Source: Octopus sinensis (taxonomy: Eukaryota). From it: DNA of 44,870 nt. A program made the position numbers and the translations under genes. How positions within the stretch are numbered: position 1 is the stretch's first letter; every line of letters begins with the position of its first letter. Below, one piece after another: positions 11,561 to 24,422 of this stretch. The notes under the pieces were generated by a model that was not told where the DNA came from, did no database searches, and saw only the letters and a list, made by a program, of their open reading frames with translations. The DNA lies in NCBI RefSeq assembly GCF_006345805.1, contig NW_021835861.1, positions 1-44,870 on the forward strand. Reading direction: 5' to 3'.

Positions 11561-12182
11561 TTCTCCTGACAAACAATTCTCCTTTACAGCAGCGAGTCAT
11601 GGCCAATGAGGGTGGAAGATATTAAACGACTAGAATCCTTCGATCACCTCTGTCTACGCCGCATCCTGCGTGTCTGATGGCATCACTTTGTCTGCAACAA
11701 TTCAGTGCAACACCAGTGCAGAATCATCTCCCTCCGACAAGTCATCCTAACGAGACGTCTGCGTTGGCTGGGTCATGCCCTCCGTCCTCAACCAGAATTC
11801 ATCTACGAAGCAATTGCCCCGGCTCCCCATCAGGGCTGGCGAAAGCGTCGTGGTGGACAACGAAAAACCTGGCTGATGACGGTCAAGGCTGATCTGGAAC
11901 CCAACCTATGAAGCAATTGCCCCAGCTCCCCTTCAGGGTTGGCGAAAGCGATGTGATGGACAACGAAAAACCTGGCTGATGACAGTCAAGGCTGATCTGG
12001 AACCCAACCTAGGCCCCCATGCCTACGGCATTCACTGCTGGAATAGGGAGTGATTGGAGATCACAGGGTCGTTAGCCTCAAATTGCCAGGCCTGGTCGGC
12101 GTTTGTGAGAGATGCAGCATTGAGGATGAATAAAGCCAGCTCAGCCCACCCCGGGTGAATGCTGTCTCAAGTCAAGTCAAGT
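11561..12182 (+). mobile_element. Second RTE-clade LINE family, 5'-truncated and decayed
   Basis: TILLYSSESW...FDHLCLRRIL...RRLRWLGHALR...GWRKRRGGQRKTW; (CAAGT)3 tail; candidate TSD ctgaccaga at 11552-11560 and 12183-12191; in-frame stops. Confidence 0.88.
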
Positions 12183-12261
12183 CTGACCAGAGGCACATAA
12201 GTTCTTTACTAACAGAAATAAGAATATAATTTTGGTCAGTAAGATTGTAAATAAAGTCCTT

Positions 12262-12675
12262 AGGAGTGGCTGTGTGGTAAGTAGCTTGTTTACCAACCAC
12301 ATGGTTCCGGGTTCAGTCCCACTGCGTGGCACCTTGGGCAAGTGTCTTCTACTATTGCCTCGGGCCGACCAAAGCCTTGAGAGTGGATTTGGTAGATAGA
12401 AACTGAAAGAGGCCCGTCGTATATATGTATATATATATATGTGTGTGTGTGTGTACGTGTGTTTGTGTGACTGTGTTTGTCTCCCCCAACATTGCTTGAC
12501 AACCGATGCTGGTGTATTTATGTCCCGTCACTTAGCGGTTCGGCAAAAAGAGACCGATAGATTAAGTACTAGGCTTACAAGGAATAAGTCCTGGGGGCCA
12601 GTTGCTCGATTAAAGGTGGTGCTCCAGCATGGCCACAGTCAAATGACTGAAACAAGTAAAAGAGAGAAAGAGAGT
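12262..12675 (+). mobile_element. SINE family B, near full length
   Basis: Matches the family-B consensus. Confidence 0.9.
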
Positions 12676-13125
12676 ATACAAAGTTCTTTGAAAGAAAAGC
12701 CCGTCTGGGAGAGATAGAGTTATCTCCCTTAGAACAGTTCAGTTGTATCTGACCCTTTTCAAAACCGGTGAGCTAGGGAGCTGTGCCAGGTTCTGTCCCT
12801 GCTTTGGCAAGGTTTTTATGCCTGGTTGCCCTTACTAACACCAACCACACACGCACACATACACACACAACCCCCCCACCACACGTATATTCTTTTATTC
12901 CTTTACTTGTTTCAGTCATTTTACCGCTGCCATACTGGAGCACTACCTTAACCCTAGGACTCATTTCTTAAACCTAGTACTTTTCCTATCAGCCTGTTTT
13001 GATGATCCCCTCTTTCAACAGCAAGGGCATTATCTATAATTACTGGACTCCCTCTCACCAGATGGTCAACAAAGTGTACCTTGTAAAGGTTTTGAATGAG
13101 TTTAGAAAGAGATTTTAGCATTTGA

Positions 13126-13751
13126 AGGTGTCGTGTTGGCAGAATCGTTAGCACGCCGGGCGAAATGCTTAGTGGTATTTCGTCTGCCGTTACGTTCTGA
13201 GTTCAAATTCTGCCGAAGTCAAACTTGCCTTTCATCTTTTTGGGGTCGATAAATTAAGTACCAGTTATGCACTGGGGTCGATGTAATCAATTTAATCTCT
13301 TTGTCTGTCCTTGTTTGTCCCTTCCATGTTTAGCCCTTGTGGATAATAAAGAAATAGGTATTTCACTTGGCGCTACGTTCTGAGTTCAAATTGCACCGTG
13401 GTCGACTTTGCCTTTCATCCTTTTGGGGTTGATTAAAGAAGTACCAGTTATGCACAGGGGTCGATGTAATCGACTTAATCTGTCCTTGTTTGTCCCCTCT
13501 ATGTTTAGCCCCTTGTGGGCAATAAAGAAATAAGAAACGTTAGCACGCCGGGCGAAATACCCAGTGGTATTTCGTTTGTCTTTACGTTCTGAATTCAAAT
13601 TCCGTCGAGGTCGACTTTGCCTTTCATCCTTTTGGGGTCGATAAATTAAGTACCAGTTATGCACTGGGGCTGATGTAATCGACTTATTCCCTTTGTCTGT
13701 CCTTGTTTGTCCCCTCCGTGTTTAGCCCCTTGTGGGCAATAAAGAAATAAG
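13126..13751 (+). mobile_element. Three tandem copies of SINE family C
   Basis: Repeated gttctgagttcaaattccgccgaggtcgactttgcctttcatcctttcggggtcgataaattaagtaccag...gggcaataaagaaata; B-box-like gagttcaaattc. Confidence 0.85.
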
Positions 13752-13774
13752 AAAGAGATTTTATCATAGAAGAC

Positions 13775-14471
13775 CACACACAGCCCACACACACACACAC
13801 ACACACACATACACATACATACACACACACATTTTTATACATACAAACACACACTCACAATATACATATATTTTCACACAGTCACACACACATACACACA
13901 CACGCATTATCTCACATACACACACATTTTTACACACAGAAACACACACACAGTATACATATATTTTCACACAGCCATACACACACACACATACATACAT
14001 TATCTCACATACACACACATACATTTTTACACACACATACATTTTTACACACACATACATACGTTATCTGCCTCTCACACACAACTATCAAAACAGCCAA
14101 ACATTGTTAAAAAAAGTAGGGTTTTTATCCCCCCCGTCCCCCACGACACTGCCCTCAATGTCCTTCCATTGTTATTCACAGACAATTCTTGGTAAACACT
14201 TGAACTCTGTTGATATTTGACTATTTCCATTTCATTGCATTCATATTCCACCCCCCCCCGTTCTTAGAATTTATATTTCACCCTTGCCATCATCATCATC
14301 ATCATTGTCGTTCATCATCGTTATTGCTGTTGTTCTTGTCGTTGGTATGCATGGTGTTGCTGTCCTCCTCCTCCTCCTCTCTTCTTCTTCTTCTTCGTTC
14401 TTCTTCTTCTTCGTTCTTCTTCTTCTTCTTCTTCTTCGTTTTCTTCTTCTTCTTCTCCTCCTCCTCCTTCT

Positions 14472-14503
<32 letters not shown>

Positions 14504-14579
14504 TATGTACATATATATATATATATATATAGATATTAATATATATAATATATATATGTATGTATGTGTTATATATATA

Positions 14580-14665
<86 letters not shown>
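13775..14665. repeat. (CA)n, (CAT)n, (CTT)n and (TA)/(TG) microsatellite field
   Basis: Directly visible. Confidence 0.9.
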
Positions 14666-14667
<2 letters not shown>

Positions 14668-15119
14668 CTATGGGTTTCTTTCAGGTTTCATCTACCAAAT
14701 CCACTCAAATCCTTTGCCTGAGAGTATAGTAGAAAAACTTGCCTAAAGTGTCACACAGTGGGGCAGTGTGCGTGTGTGATTGGGCTTATGTTTGTTCCCC
14801 ACCACAGCTTGGTAACCGGTGCTGGTTTGTTTATATCCATGTTACTAAGCAGTTAATTGAATTAACTGGAAAATGATACAATGGAGTGAAGGAAGTGCCC
14901 CAGCATGGCTGCAAACCAACGGCTGAAACAAGTAAAATGATATCCTTCCTGTCGCCAACCCTTTGGCTGTTTCCAAGTGAGGTAATAGTTACTCAACCAT
15001 GGACAGCTCGTTAGCTGGAAATGATTGTCACGGATGATTGCAGACAAATGACAAAATTTTGTTTGATTGATTGAACACAGATGTTGTTTAGAATCAGAGC
15101 AAAAATGTTAAGATAGAGA

Positions 15120-15143
15120 CAAACACACACACACACATACATA

Positions 15144-15188
<45 letters not shown>

Positions 15189-15575
15189 ACACACATACTC
15201 ACACACACACACACTCACACACATACACACACACACACACTCACACACACTCACACACATACACACACACAGTTGCTCGTGTGCACACACACACACTCAA
15301 ACACACATCATACACAGATACACACAGACACACACACACTCACATATACACACACTAATACTTATGCTACGCATATATATTTGTATACACTCACACACAT
15401 ACACACACACAGTTGCTCGTGTGCAAACATACACACTCAAACACACATCACACACAGATACATACAGACACACACACTCACATATACACACACTAAAACT
15501 CATGCCACACATACATATTTGTATACACTCACACACATCTATATACACACCCTTTCTCATACTCACACAACACAT
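15120..15575. repeat. (CA)-rich array containing a ~140-bp tandem duplication
   Basis: agttgctcgtgtgca at 15271 and 15411. Confidence 0.9.
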
Positions 15576-15578
15576 ACC

Positions 15579-15793
15579 CTTTACACTTTTACTCTTTTAC
15601 TTGTTTCAGTCATTTGACTGTGGCCATGCTGGAGCACTGCCTTTAGTCGAGCAAATCAACCCCAGGACTTCTTTGTAAGCCTAGTACTTATTCTATCGGT
15701 CTCTTCTGCCGAACCGCTAAGTAACGGGGACATAAACACACCAGCATCGGTTGTCAAGCAATGTTGGGGTGACAAACACAGACACACAAACAC

Positions 15794-15824
<31 letters not shown>

Positions 15825-15999
15825 CATATACATATATACGATGGGCTTCTTTCAGTTTCCGTCTACCAAATCCACTCACAAGGCTTTGGTCGGCCCGAGG
15901 CTATAGAAGACACTTGCTCAAGGTGACACGCAGTGGGACTGAACCTGGGACCATGTGGCTGGTAAGCAAGCTACTTACCACACAGCCACTCCTGCACCT
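15579..15999 (-). mobile_element. SINE family B copy
   Basis: Reverse complement of the consensus. Confidence 0.9.
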
Positions 16000-16188
16000 A
16001 AACACACATATTTTTACAAACATATACGTACATACATAGACACAGGCAGCTACATGCATGTATACACAAGCATACACACACACACACACAAACATACCGG
16101 CCAAAATAATCATAGTAGTTAATAAACATTCTTGTGTCTTTCATTTTCTATCTTCCATCTCTCATTAGTGAAATATATATACATATAT

Positions 16189-16573
16189 AGGCACAGAAGT
16201 GACTGTGTGGTAAGAAGCTTGCTTACCAACCATATCGTTCCGGGTTCAGGCGTGGAACCTTGGGCAAGTGTCTTCTACTATAGCCTCGGGCTGACCAAAG
16301 CCTTGTGAGTGGATTTGCTAGACTGAAAAGGATTTGGAAACTGAAAAGAAGCCCATCGTATATATGTGTGTGTGTGTGTGTGTCCTAACATCGCTTGACA
16401 ACAGATGCTGGTGTATTTACGTCCCTGTCACTAAGTGGATTGGCAAAAGAAACTGATAGAATAAGTACTAGGCTTACAAAGAATAAGTCCTGGGGTCGAT
16501 TTGCTCGACTAAAGGCAGTGCTCCAGCATGGCCATAGTCACATGACTGAAACAAGTAAAAGAGTAAAACGAGT
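16189..16573 (+). mobile_element. SINE family B copy
   Basis: Matches the consensus; head-to-head with 15579-15999. Confidence 0.88.
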
Positions 16574-17030
16574 GTATATATATATATATATATATATAAA
16601 CACACATACTTATTTATACACATGTAGAAATACACACACACACACACACACATTCTCACACTCTCACAACATGTACATATACACTCACGCTTACAAACAT
16701 AAACAGACACACATATACACGCATACACGCACAAACACACATATCTACACACACTATATACTATATATGGAGCGAGAGAAAGTGAGGCGATTCGGAGACT
16801 AAAGCCGAGACACCAAACATAATTCAAAGCCTTGCTGTTTGCTGATCAATACTGATCTATTGATACCATCTCAGTTTGATATCTTAGACTCTGTTCCAAG
16901 TCTAAATATATCGATGCTAAATATAAAGTCTTGGGATATGGTTTGTTTCTTGAACACAGAATGGAAGCGTCACTGTAGGTCGGGATTTTTTTGCATTTGT
17001 GAGGAGATGTATCCATGTGTGTGTGTGTGT

Positions 17031-17266
17031 GATCATCATCATTGTCATCATCATCATCGTTTAAGGTCCGCTTTCCATGCTAGCATGGGTTGGACGGTTT
17101 GACTGAGGACTGGTGAACCAGATGGTTGTACCAAGCTCCAGTCTTGATCTGACAGAGTTTCTACAGCTGGATGCCCTTCCTAACGCCAACCACTCCAAGA
17201 GTGTAGTGGGTAGTTGGCGTTAGGAAGGGCATCTGGCTGTAGAAATGTTGATGATGATGATGATGA
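17031..17266 (-). mobile_element. RTE family A 3' end with fold-back inversion
   Basis: (CAT)n tail; 17158-17190 is inverted at 17213-17245. Confidence 0.8.
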
Positions 17267-17570
17267 TATGTGTATGTTTATATATATATATATATATATA
17301 TATAATAACAAAGGGTAAAATTAATTAATTAAGAAGTAATCAATAATTTCACCAAGTAGAATTCGGTATGAAAAAAGGACCATTTCACAGATGACCAGAT
17401 ATTGATTGATTTTCGTTGCTTTACTCTCTGCCTGTGAGAATTATTTTCAAGTATTTTTAGTTTCTCTAGGAGTCCCTTTTTAAAGTAGAAGAAATAGCTA
17501 AGATTTTTGGCTGCTATTTCTAAACTTCAGTATGTGGTAAAGCAAATCTTTGCTGAACCCTTTTTATTAA

Positions 17571-17613
<43 letters not shown>

Positions 17614-17617
17614 ATAT

Positions 17618-17925
17618 CATCATCATCATCATCATCACCACCATCATCATCATTATCGTTTAACGTCCACTTTCCATGCTAGCATGGGTTGGACGATTTT
17701 GACTGAGGACTGGCAAACCAGATGGCTGCACCAGGCTCCAATCTGATCTGTGGTATTTTTTACATGCGATCTGCACAGGATCCAGTCCAGCAGCACTAGC
17801 AATGACCTTGCTTGAATGTTTCTTCATGTTTCACCAGCATGGAAGCTAGTCAGCTGCTCTAGCAGCGATCACACTCAAATGGTGCTCTTTGCACTCCACT
17901 GGCACAAGTGCCAGTCATCAGTGTG
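17618..17925 (-). mobile_element. RTE family A 3' end, internally deleted
   Basis: (CAT)n then cgtttaacgtccactttccatgctagcatgggttggacg. Confidence 0.78.
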
Positions 17926-17959
17926 AATTTTGAATTCCACTTGTGTTATTCTTTTACAT

Positions 17960-18303
17960 CGCTATGTTCTGAGTTCAAATTCTGCCGAGGTCAACTTTAC
18001 CTTTCATCCTTTTGGGGGTCAATTAAGTAAGTACCAGTTGAACCCTGGGGTTGCTGTAATCAATTCATCACCACCTCTCCCAGGCTGCCCTTGTGGCAAA
18101 AATTTGAAATAATAATAATTATTATTGTTATTATAAAATGGGGAGCTGGCGGAATCATTACTACACCAAGCAAAATACTGAGATCAAATTCTGAGTTCAA
18201 ATTCCACACAGGTCAGCTTTGCCTGTCATCCTCTTAGGGCCGATAATATGGGGTCAATATAATCAATTTACCTGAAATTACTGTCCTGGAGCCAAAATTT
18301 GAA
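17960..18303 (+). mobile_element. Two decayed SINE family C-like copies
   Basis: gttctgagttcaaattc...ctttcatcc motif at ~17966 and ~18190. Confidence 0.6.
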
Positions 18304-18304
18304 G

Positions 18305-18339
<35 letters not shown>

Positions 18340-18890
18340 GAGTGAGAGAGCAATGTATGTCATCAAAGTGACACTGGGGTAAAATATACAAAGCCCAGTA
18401 TACCCATCATGACTACCCGTCTGATAAGGGTACACTAGGCACATGCATCACAACCATATGTGCGCGACATGGTGATCTCATATCAAGATAAACAGCACAT
18501 GACCTTCCAGGTGGGGCCCAGTTAGAATTTTCTTCTGGTCGAGTAGCCCATCCCACTCAAAAGGTCCCTGAATAAGGGTTAAGGATGTTGAAAGAAACAC
18601 CCATGTTTCCAGAGGTGAATTATTCAAACCCCAAAGAATCCCTTTCAACACATGGGTATGATGCTCCCCCACTACTTCTGCTCGTGATCAGAGATGCACA
18701 TATCATCAGCCACTAAGGGACATGGTCAACTGGTTAACGTCAAACAACTGACAAGCAAATCTGTGGTATTGAGCAGAATATTTGCTGTAGCCCATCTTTT
18801 ATACCAAGACAAAACAATGTACATGATAACACTTCCAATCAGTTAAGATCAGAAGCCACGAGAGCCACTGCCTGGCACTGCATCAGGGCA
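18340..18890. mobile_element. Unclassified ~550-bp interspersed element flanked on both sides by (ATT)n
   Basis: Second, internally deleted copy at 18953-19224; (ATT)n at 18307-18339 and 18891-18952. Confidence 0.65.
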
Positions 18891-18952
<62 letters not shown>

Positions 18953-19224
18953 GAATGAGAGAGCAGTGCATGCCATCCTGCTCAAAAAGTCCCTGAATAA
19001 GGGTTGTTTAAGGATGTTGAACGAACCACCCATGTTTCCAGAGATGAATTATTCAAACCCCAAAGAATCCCTCTCAACACATGGCTATGATGCTCCCCCA
19101 CTACTTCTGCTCGTGATCAGAGATGCACATATCGTCAGCCACTAAGGGACATGGTCAACTGGTTAAGGTCAAACAACTGACAAGCAAATCTGTGGAATTG
19201 AGCAGAATATTTGCTGTTGTCCAT
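18953..19224. mobile_element. Second, deleted and truncated copy of the (ATT)n-associated element
   Basis: High identity to 18340-18365 joined to 18550-18795. Confidence 0.7.
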
Positions 19225-19447
19225 TGGTTATCCTCGCATTTGACCATAGTTTACGACGTAGATTCTCTCCTTTCTGTGCTAATTTCAATGTGTCATGCAA
19301 TAATAGACTCCCCTCGTTTAGCTGTTTCAAGAAAGCTTAATTATAATAATTTGTTTGTCTAAAGAGGTCTAGAAACATGTTGGCATTTTGCCTGGTGTTA
19401 TATAAATAATGTGTATGTGTGTGCATGTATACATATAATGTATATTT

Positions 19448-19508
<61 letters not shown>

Positions 19509-19748
19509 ATTAAAGGTGGGGGCTCCAGCATGGCTGCAGTCAAATGACTGAAACAAATAGAATAAAAGAATATATATGTATGTATGTGTGTGTGTGTGTG
19601 TATACATGTATATACATGTACATACACACACAAACATATATAAGTATGTATATAAATGAATCTATACATCTGTGCATATATTTGTGTATTTGTGTGTGTG
19701 CTTTTACATACATACATACATAGATATACATATATATATGTACGTATG

Positions 19749-19794
<46 letters not shown>

Positions 19795-19879
19795 AATATA
19801 TATATATATGGTTATAGGGAGAAAGAGAGAGAATAAAATAGAGAAAGAGAGACAGAGAGAGAACCAGCCAAATGTTACA

Positions 19880-19928
19880 AATAGATAGGCAGATAGATAG
19901 ACAGACAGACACACAGAGATATATAGTT

Positions 19929-19986
<58 letters not shown>

Positions 19987-20071
19987 AGAGAGAAGAGAGA
20001 GAGAGAGATAGATAGATAGATAGATAGATAGACAGGGAGATAGATAGATAGAAAGATAGATAGACAAGGAA

Positions 20072-20132
<61 letters not shown>

Positions 20133-20239
20133 CAGGGAGATAGATAGATAGAAAGATAGATAGACAATGAAATAGATAGATAGATAGATAGATAGATAGA
20201 CAGGGAGATAGATAGATAGAAAGATAGATAGACACGGAA

Positions 20240-20283
<44 letters not shown>
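19880..20283. repeat. (AGAT)n array with a higher-order ~60-100-bp pattern
   Basis: Recurring gacagggagatagatagatagaaagatagatagaca units. Confidence 0.95.
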
Positions 20284-20625
20284 TCAAAAATATCCAATTG
20301 TTGACTATATTCCATTTATTGACTATATGAAAAAAATGCCCTTAAAAATTTCCTGTCAATTAATTTATTTATAATCCTGGACTAAAACTTGATATGTCAC
20401 ACAATATTCAGGCGCCTAAACTTAAAGCAGGTTGATCGATATTGAACCGGAGACACTGACACAGTTTGATGTGCCGTGCAGCATCCAGAGACTTTAATTG
20501 CAATGATGCCAAGTACAACTTGTTAATATGATGCCTTGATCTGTGCACAGAAGCGTCTCTTTTAAACAATCTTTAGCTTTATGATGCCCTAGTTTAACAG
20601 AGTTTAACACTTTTGTTACTCAATT

Positions 20626-20915
20626 TCATCATCATCATCATCTCATCATCATCATCATCATCATCATCACCATCATCATCACCATCATCATCATCACCAC
20701 TATCATCATCACCATCATCATCATCACCACTATCATCATCACCATCATCATCATCATCATCACCACTATCATCATCATCATCATCATCAACATCATCATC
20801 ACCATCATCATCACCAACATCATCATCATCCTCATCCTCATCATCATCCTCACCATCATCATCATCATCATCATCATCATCTTCATCATCATCATCATCA
20901 ACATCATCATCATCA
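20626..20915. repeat. Long (CAT/CAC)n tract, the expanded tail of the adjacent RTE copy
   Basis: Directly visible; gives the poly-D/S/M ORFs. Confidence 0.95.
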
Positions 20916-20917
20916 GT

Positions 20918-21427
20918 ATCGTTCAACGTCCGTTTTCCATGCTAGCATGGGTTGGACGGTTCAACTGGGGTCTGGGAAGCCAGGAGGCTGCACCAGGCTC
21001 CAGTCTGATTTGGCAGTGTTTCTACAGCTGGATGCCCTTCCTAACGCCAACCACTCCGCGAGTGTAGTGGGTGCTTTTTAGATGCCACCGGCACAGGTGC
21101 CAGACGTGGCTGGCAACAACCACGATCGGTTGATGCTTTTTACATGCCACCAGCACAGAAGCCAGTCAAGGTGGCACTGGCATCGGCCACGTTCAGATGG
21201 TGCTTTTTACATTTACATGCCACTGGTAACACAACTACAATTTCCATTTGATTTTTATTTTGATGTTGATGTACTCGACTCAAAAGGTCTCCTCAAGCAC
21301 AGCAGGTCACCCTACGATCCAGGGTAAGCACAGCAGGCTGTTCTGTGATCCAAAGTATTTTGGATGGGCTGGGGCTTCTATGTGAAGCTGGTGCAGGGAA
21401 CATTTATAAACTCACATTATTTATACA

Positions 21428-21459
<32 letters not shown>

Positions 21460-22610
21460 ACATCATCAACATCATCATCATCATCAACATCATCAACATC
21501 ATCATCATCAATCATCATCATCATCAGCATCGTTTAACGTCCGCTTTCCATGCTAGCATGGGTTGGACGGTTCAACTGGGGTCTGGGAAGCCAGATGGCT
21601 GCGCCAGTCTGATCTGGCAGTGTTTCTACAGCTGGATGCCCTTCCTAACGCCAACCACTCCGTGAGTGTAGTGGGTGCTTTTTACATGCCACCGGCACAG
21701 GTGTTAGGGGAGGCTGGCAATGACCCCAATCGGTTGGTGCGTTTTGCGTGCCAGTCAAGGCGGTGCTGGCATCAGCCACGTTTGGATGGTGCTCTTTACG
21801 TGCCAGGGGAGGCTGGCAGCGGCCACGATCGGTTGGTGCTTTTTATGTGCCACCGGCACAGGTATCACAACTACAATTTCCATTTGATATTTATTTTGAT
21901 GTTGATGTACTTGACTCAATACGTCTCATCAAGCATAACAGGTCACCCTACGATCCAAGGTGAGCACAGCAGGGTGTCCTGCAATCCAAGGTACTTTGGA
22001 TGGGCTGGGGCTGCTATGTGAAGCTGGTGCAGGAAACAGCCATGAACTCACATTATTTATACATCATCATCATCATCATCGTCATATAATGTCCATTTTC
22101 CATGCTAGCATGGGTTGGACGGTTCGACCAGGGTCTGGTAAGCCATGGAGTCTGCACCAGGCTCCAATCTGATCTGGCAGTGTTTCTACAGCTGGATGCC
22201 CTTCCTAACACAAACCACTCCGTGAGTGTAGTGGGTGTTTTTTACGTGCCACCGGCACAGGGGCCAGAGGAGGCTGGCAAACGGCCATGATTGGCTGCTG
22301 TTTTTATATGTCACCGACACAGACGCCAGTCAGGCGGCGCTGGCTTCTGCCACATCCGTACGGTGCTTTTAACATGTCACCGGCACGGGTATCTGAATAA
22401 CAATTTCCATTTGATATTCATTTTGATGTTGGTGTTGACGTACTTGACTCAATAGGTCTCCTCAAGAACAGCGGGTCACTCTACAATCCAAGGTTAGCAT
22501 AGCAGGCCGTCCTGCGAACCATGAACTCACTTCATTTGTCAGGTCTTCACAGTCACAGCATATCTTAGGGGTCTCGGTCTTCGTCATTTCCTCTGTGAGG
22601 CCCTACGTGC
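20918..22610 (-). mobile_element. Three head-to-tail RTE family A 3' segments
   Basis: Units ~20918-21425, 21530-22060 and 22080-22610 separated by (CAT)n; the last reaches into the ORF end (GLTEEMTK...RYAV..KT on minus). Confidence 0.85.
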
Positions 22611-23098
22611 CACCTGCACGGGTATCAAAGCTACAATATCCATACAATTTTTATTTTGTAGTTGTGGTATAAAAACACTTAGTTTCAATCAAAGCCGATG
22701 TTTAGGAATTTATTGGCGCAGATGTTGCTGTGTTGAAGGAAGATTGCTTCTCAAACATATGGTTCTGGGTTCAGTCCCATTGTGTGGCACCATAGACAAG
22801 TGTCTTCTACCATAGCCTCAGACCTACCAAAGCCTTGTGAGTGAATATGGTAGATGGAATCTGAAAGAAGCCTCACCTATACATGTATATATATGAGCCT
22901 ACAGAATTAGCAGAAACTGACTGATCAGTATCAGCAATTCTTGTCTGGTGCTTTTGGGCGATTACAATCTCTCTCAGTACTTATTTATATAATTATCTGC
23001 TTTAACTACAGCATTAAAGCTATTTAGTTCTTATTTCTAGCAATGTAGATGTTCAAACTCCCTAATTATATTTAGTGACAATTATAGTTTTCCTCTCT

Positions 23099-23142
<44 letters not shown>

Positions 23143-23525
23143 AATTGAGATAGGAGTTGTAAATGCAACCCTTCATGGGATAACATATATCCAATATACT
23201 GCTAGTGAACTACCCAATTGACCTACCACAAATGGCTAATATAAGTAAAATGAGACATACTTATCTGCATGGCCGAAACAGCTGAAAGATGTAGTCTATA
23301 TTTATATTTATATTTACTTATATTTATATTCTCTTATACATATTGTACTTATTGTATCACATTACTCCTTTATGTACACTCCTTTATGTACACTGTTTTG
23401 TTCTACATTTATGTTTGACATTAAAGTTTCTTATGTGGTGGTTTAATAAAGTATGTGATTGGGTATTATCTGGGAATTGATATTTGAATTTCGATGTCTT
23501 TCTATTTCTCCATTTTCTTATTTTG

Positions 23526-23584
<59 letters not shown>

Positions 23585-23589
23585 TATAT

Positions 23590-24272
23590 ATCGTGGCCGT
23601 TCGCCCCTCATCTAGCACCTGGTCGGTGGCACATAAAAACACCATCCGAAGACCCGGCAGACTAGTCAGGCCATAACCCATGGCCCCTACCTGGGACGTA
23701 GTCAGTCCACCTGTGCATACCTTCCTTCTTCTTGACACTTGTGAAGACCTGTTGAGGCAAGTGAAATCAAAACAAATCAAAATAGATGAACATCAATGGA
23801 ATTTGTATCTTTGTGGTACCAGTGCCGGTGGCACGTGGCCCACAAAAAAACCATCCGAACGTGGCCGTAGCCAGTACCGCATCGACTGGCCTCCGTGCTG
23901 TGGGCACGTAACAAGCACCATCCGACCGTGGCCGTTTGCCAGCCTCATCTGGCACCTGTGTCGGTGGCACATAAAAACACCATCCGAGCGTGGCCGTCTG
24001 CCAGCCTCGTCTGGCACCTGTGTCGGTGGCACATAAAAAACACTATCCGAGCGTGGCGTTGGCCAGCCTCGTCTGGCACCTGTGTCGGTGGCACATAAAA
24101 TCACCCACTACACTCTCGGAGTGGTTGGCGTTAGGAAGGGCATCCAGCTGTAGAAACACTGCCAGATCTGACTGGACTGGTGCAGCTTTCGGGCTCCCCA
24201 GACCCCAGTTGAACTGTCCAACCCATGCTAGCATGGAAAGCGGACATTAAATGATGATGATGATGATGATGA
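23590..24272 (+). mobile_element. RTE family A 3' UTR with ~62-bp tandem units
   Basis: gaagacccggca...gaagacctgttgaggcaagtgaaatc matches 10268-10400; ends in (GAT)n. Confidence 0.85.
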
Positions 24273-24384
24273 TATATATATATATAACGGGAAGCTTTAT
24301 GAAAATAGACAAAAGACGAAGGCAGGTGGAAAACAAACAAACAATTGTATTAGTATGGCGCTCAGGAAATATAAATAAAACAAG

Positions 24385-24422
24385 TCTTTAACGTTTCGAG
24401 CCTACACTCTTCAACAGAAAGA
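24385..24422 (-). ncRNA. Minimal type-I hammerhead-like motif, A6U core variant (Penelope-like LTR relic)
   Basis: Minus strand: TCTTT CTGTTGA A GAG TGTAGG CTC GAAA CG TT AAAGA; stem I 5 bp, palindromic stem III AACGTT. Confidence 0.55.

Noticed and set aside
20594-20945. Poly-Asp/Ser/Met ORFs suggestive of an acidic biomineralisation protein
   Set aside because: The (CAT)n tract is the expanded tail of the adjoining RTE copy; no signal peptide or splice context.
23230-23295. Hammerhead half motif ggccGAAAcagctgaaagatg with an upstream stem
   Set aside because: No CTGANGA upstream and no UH site; at most a truncated Penelope-like relic.
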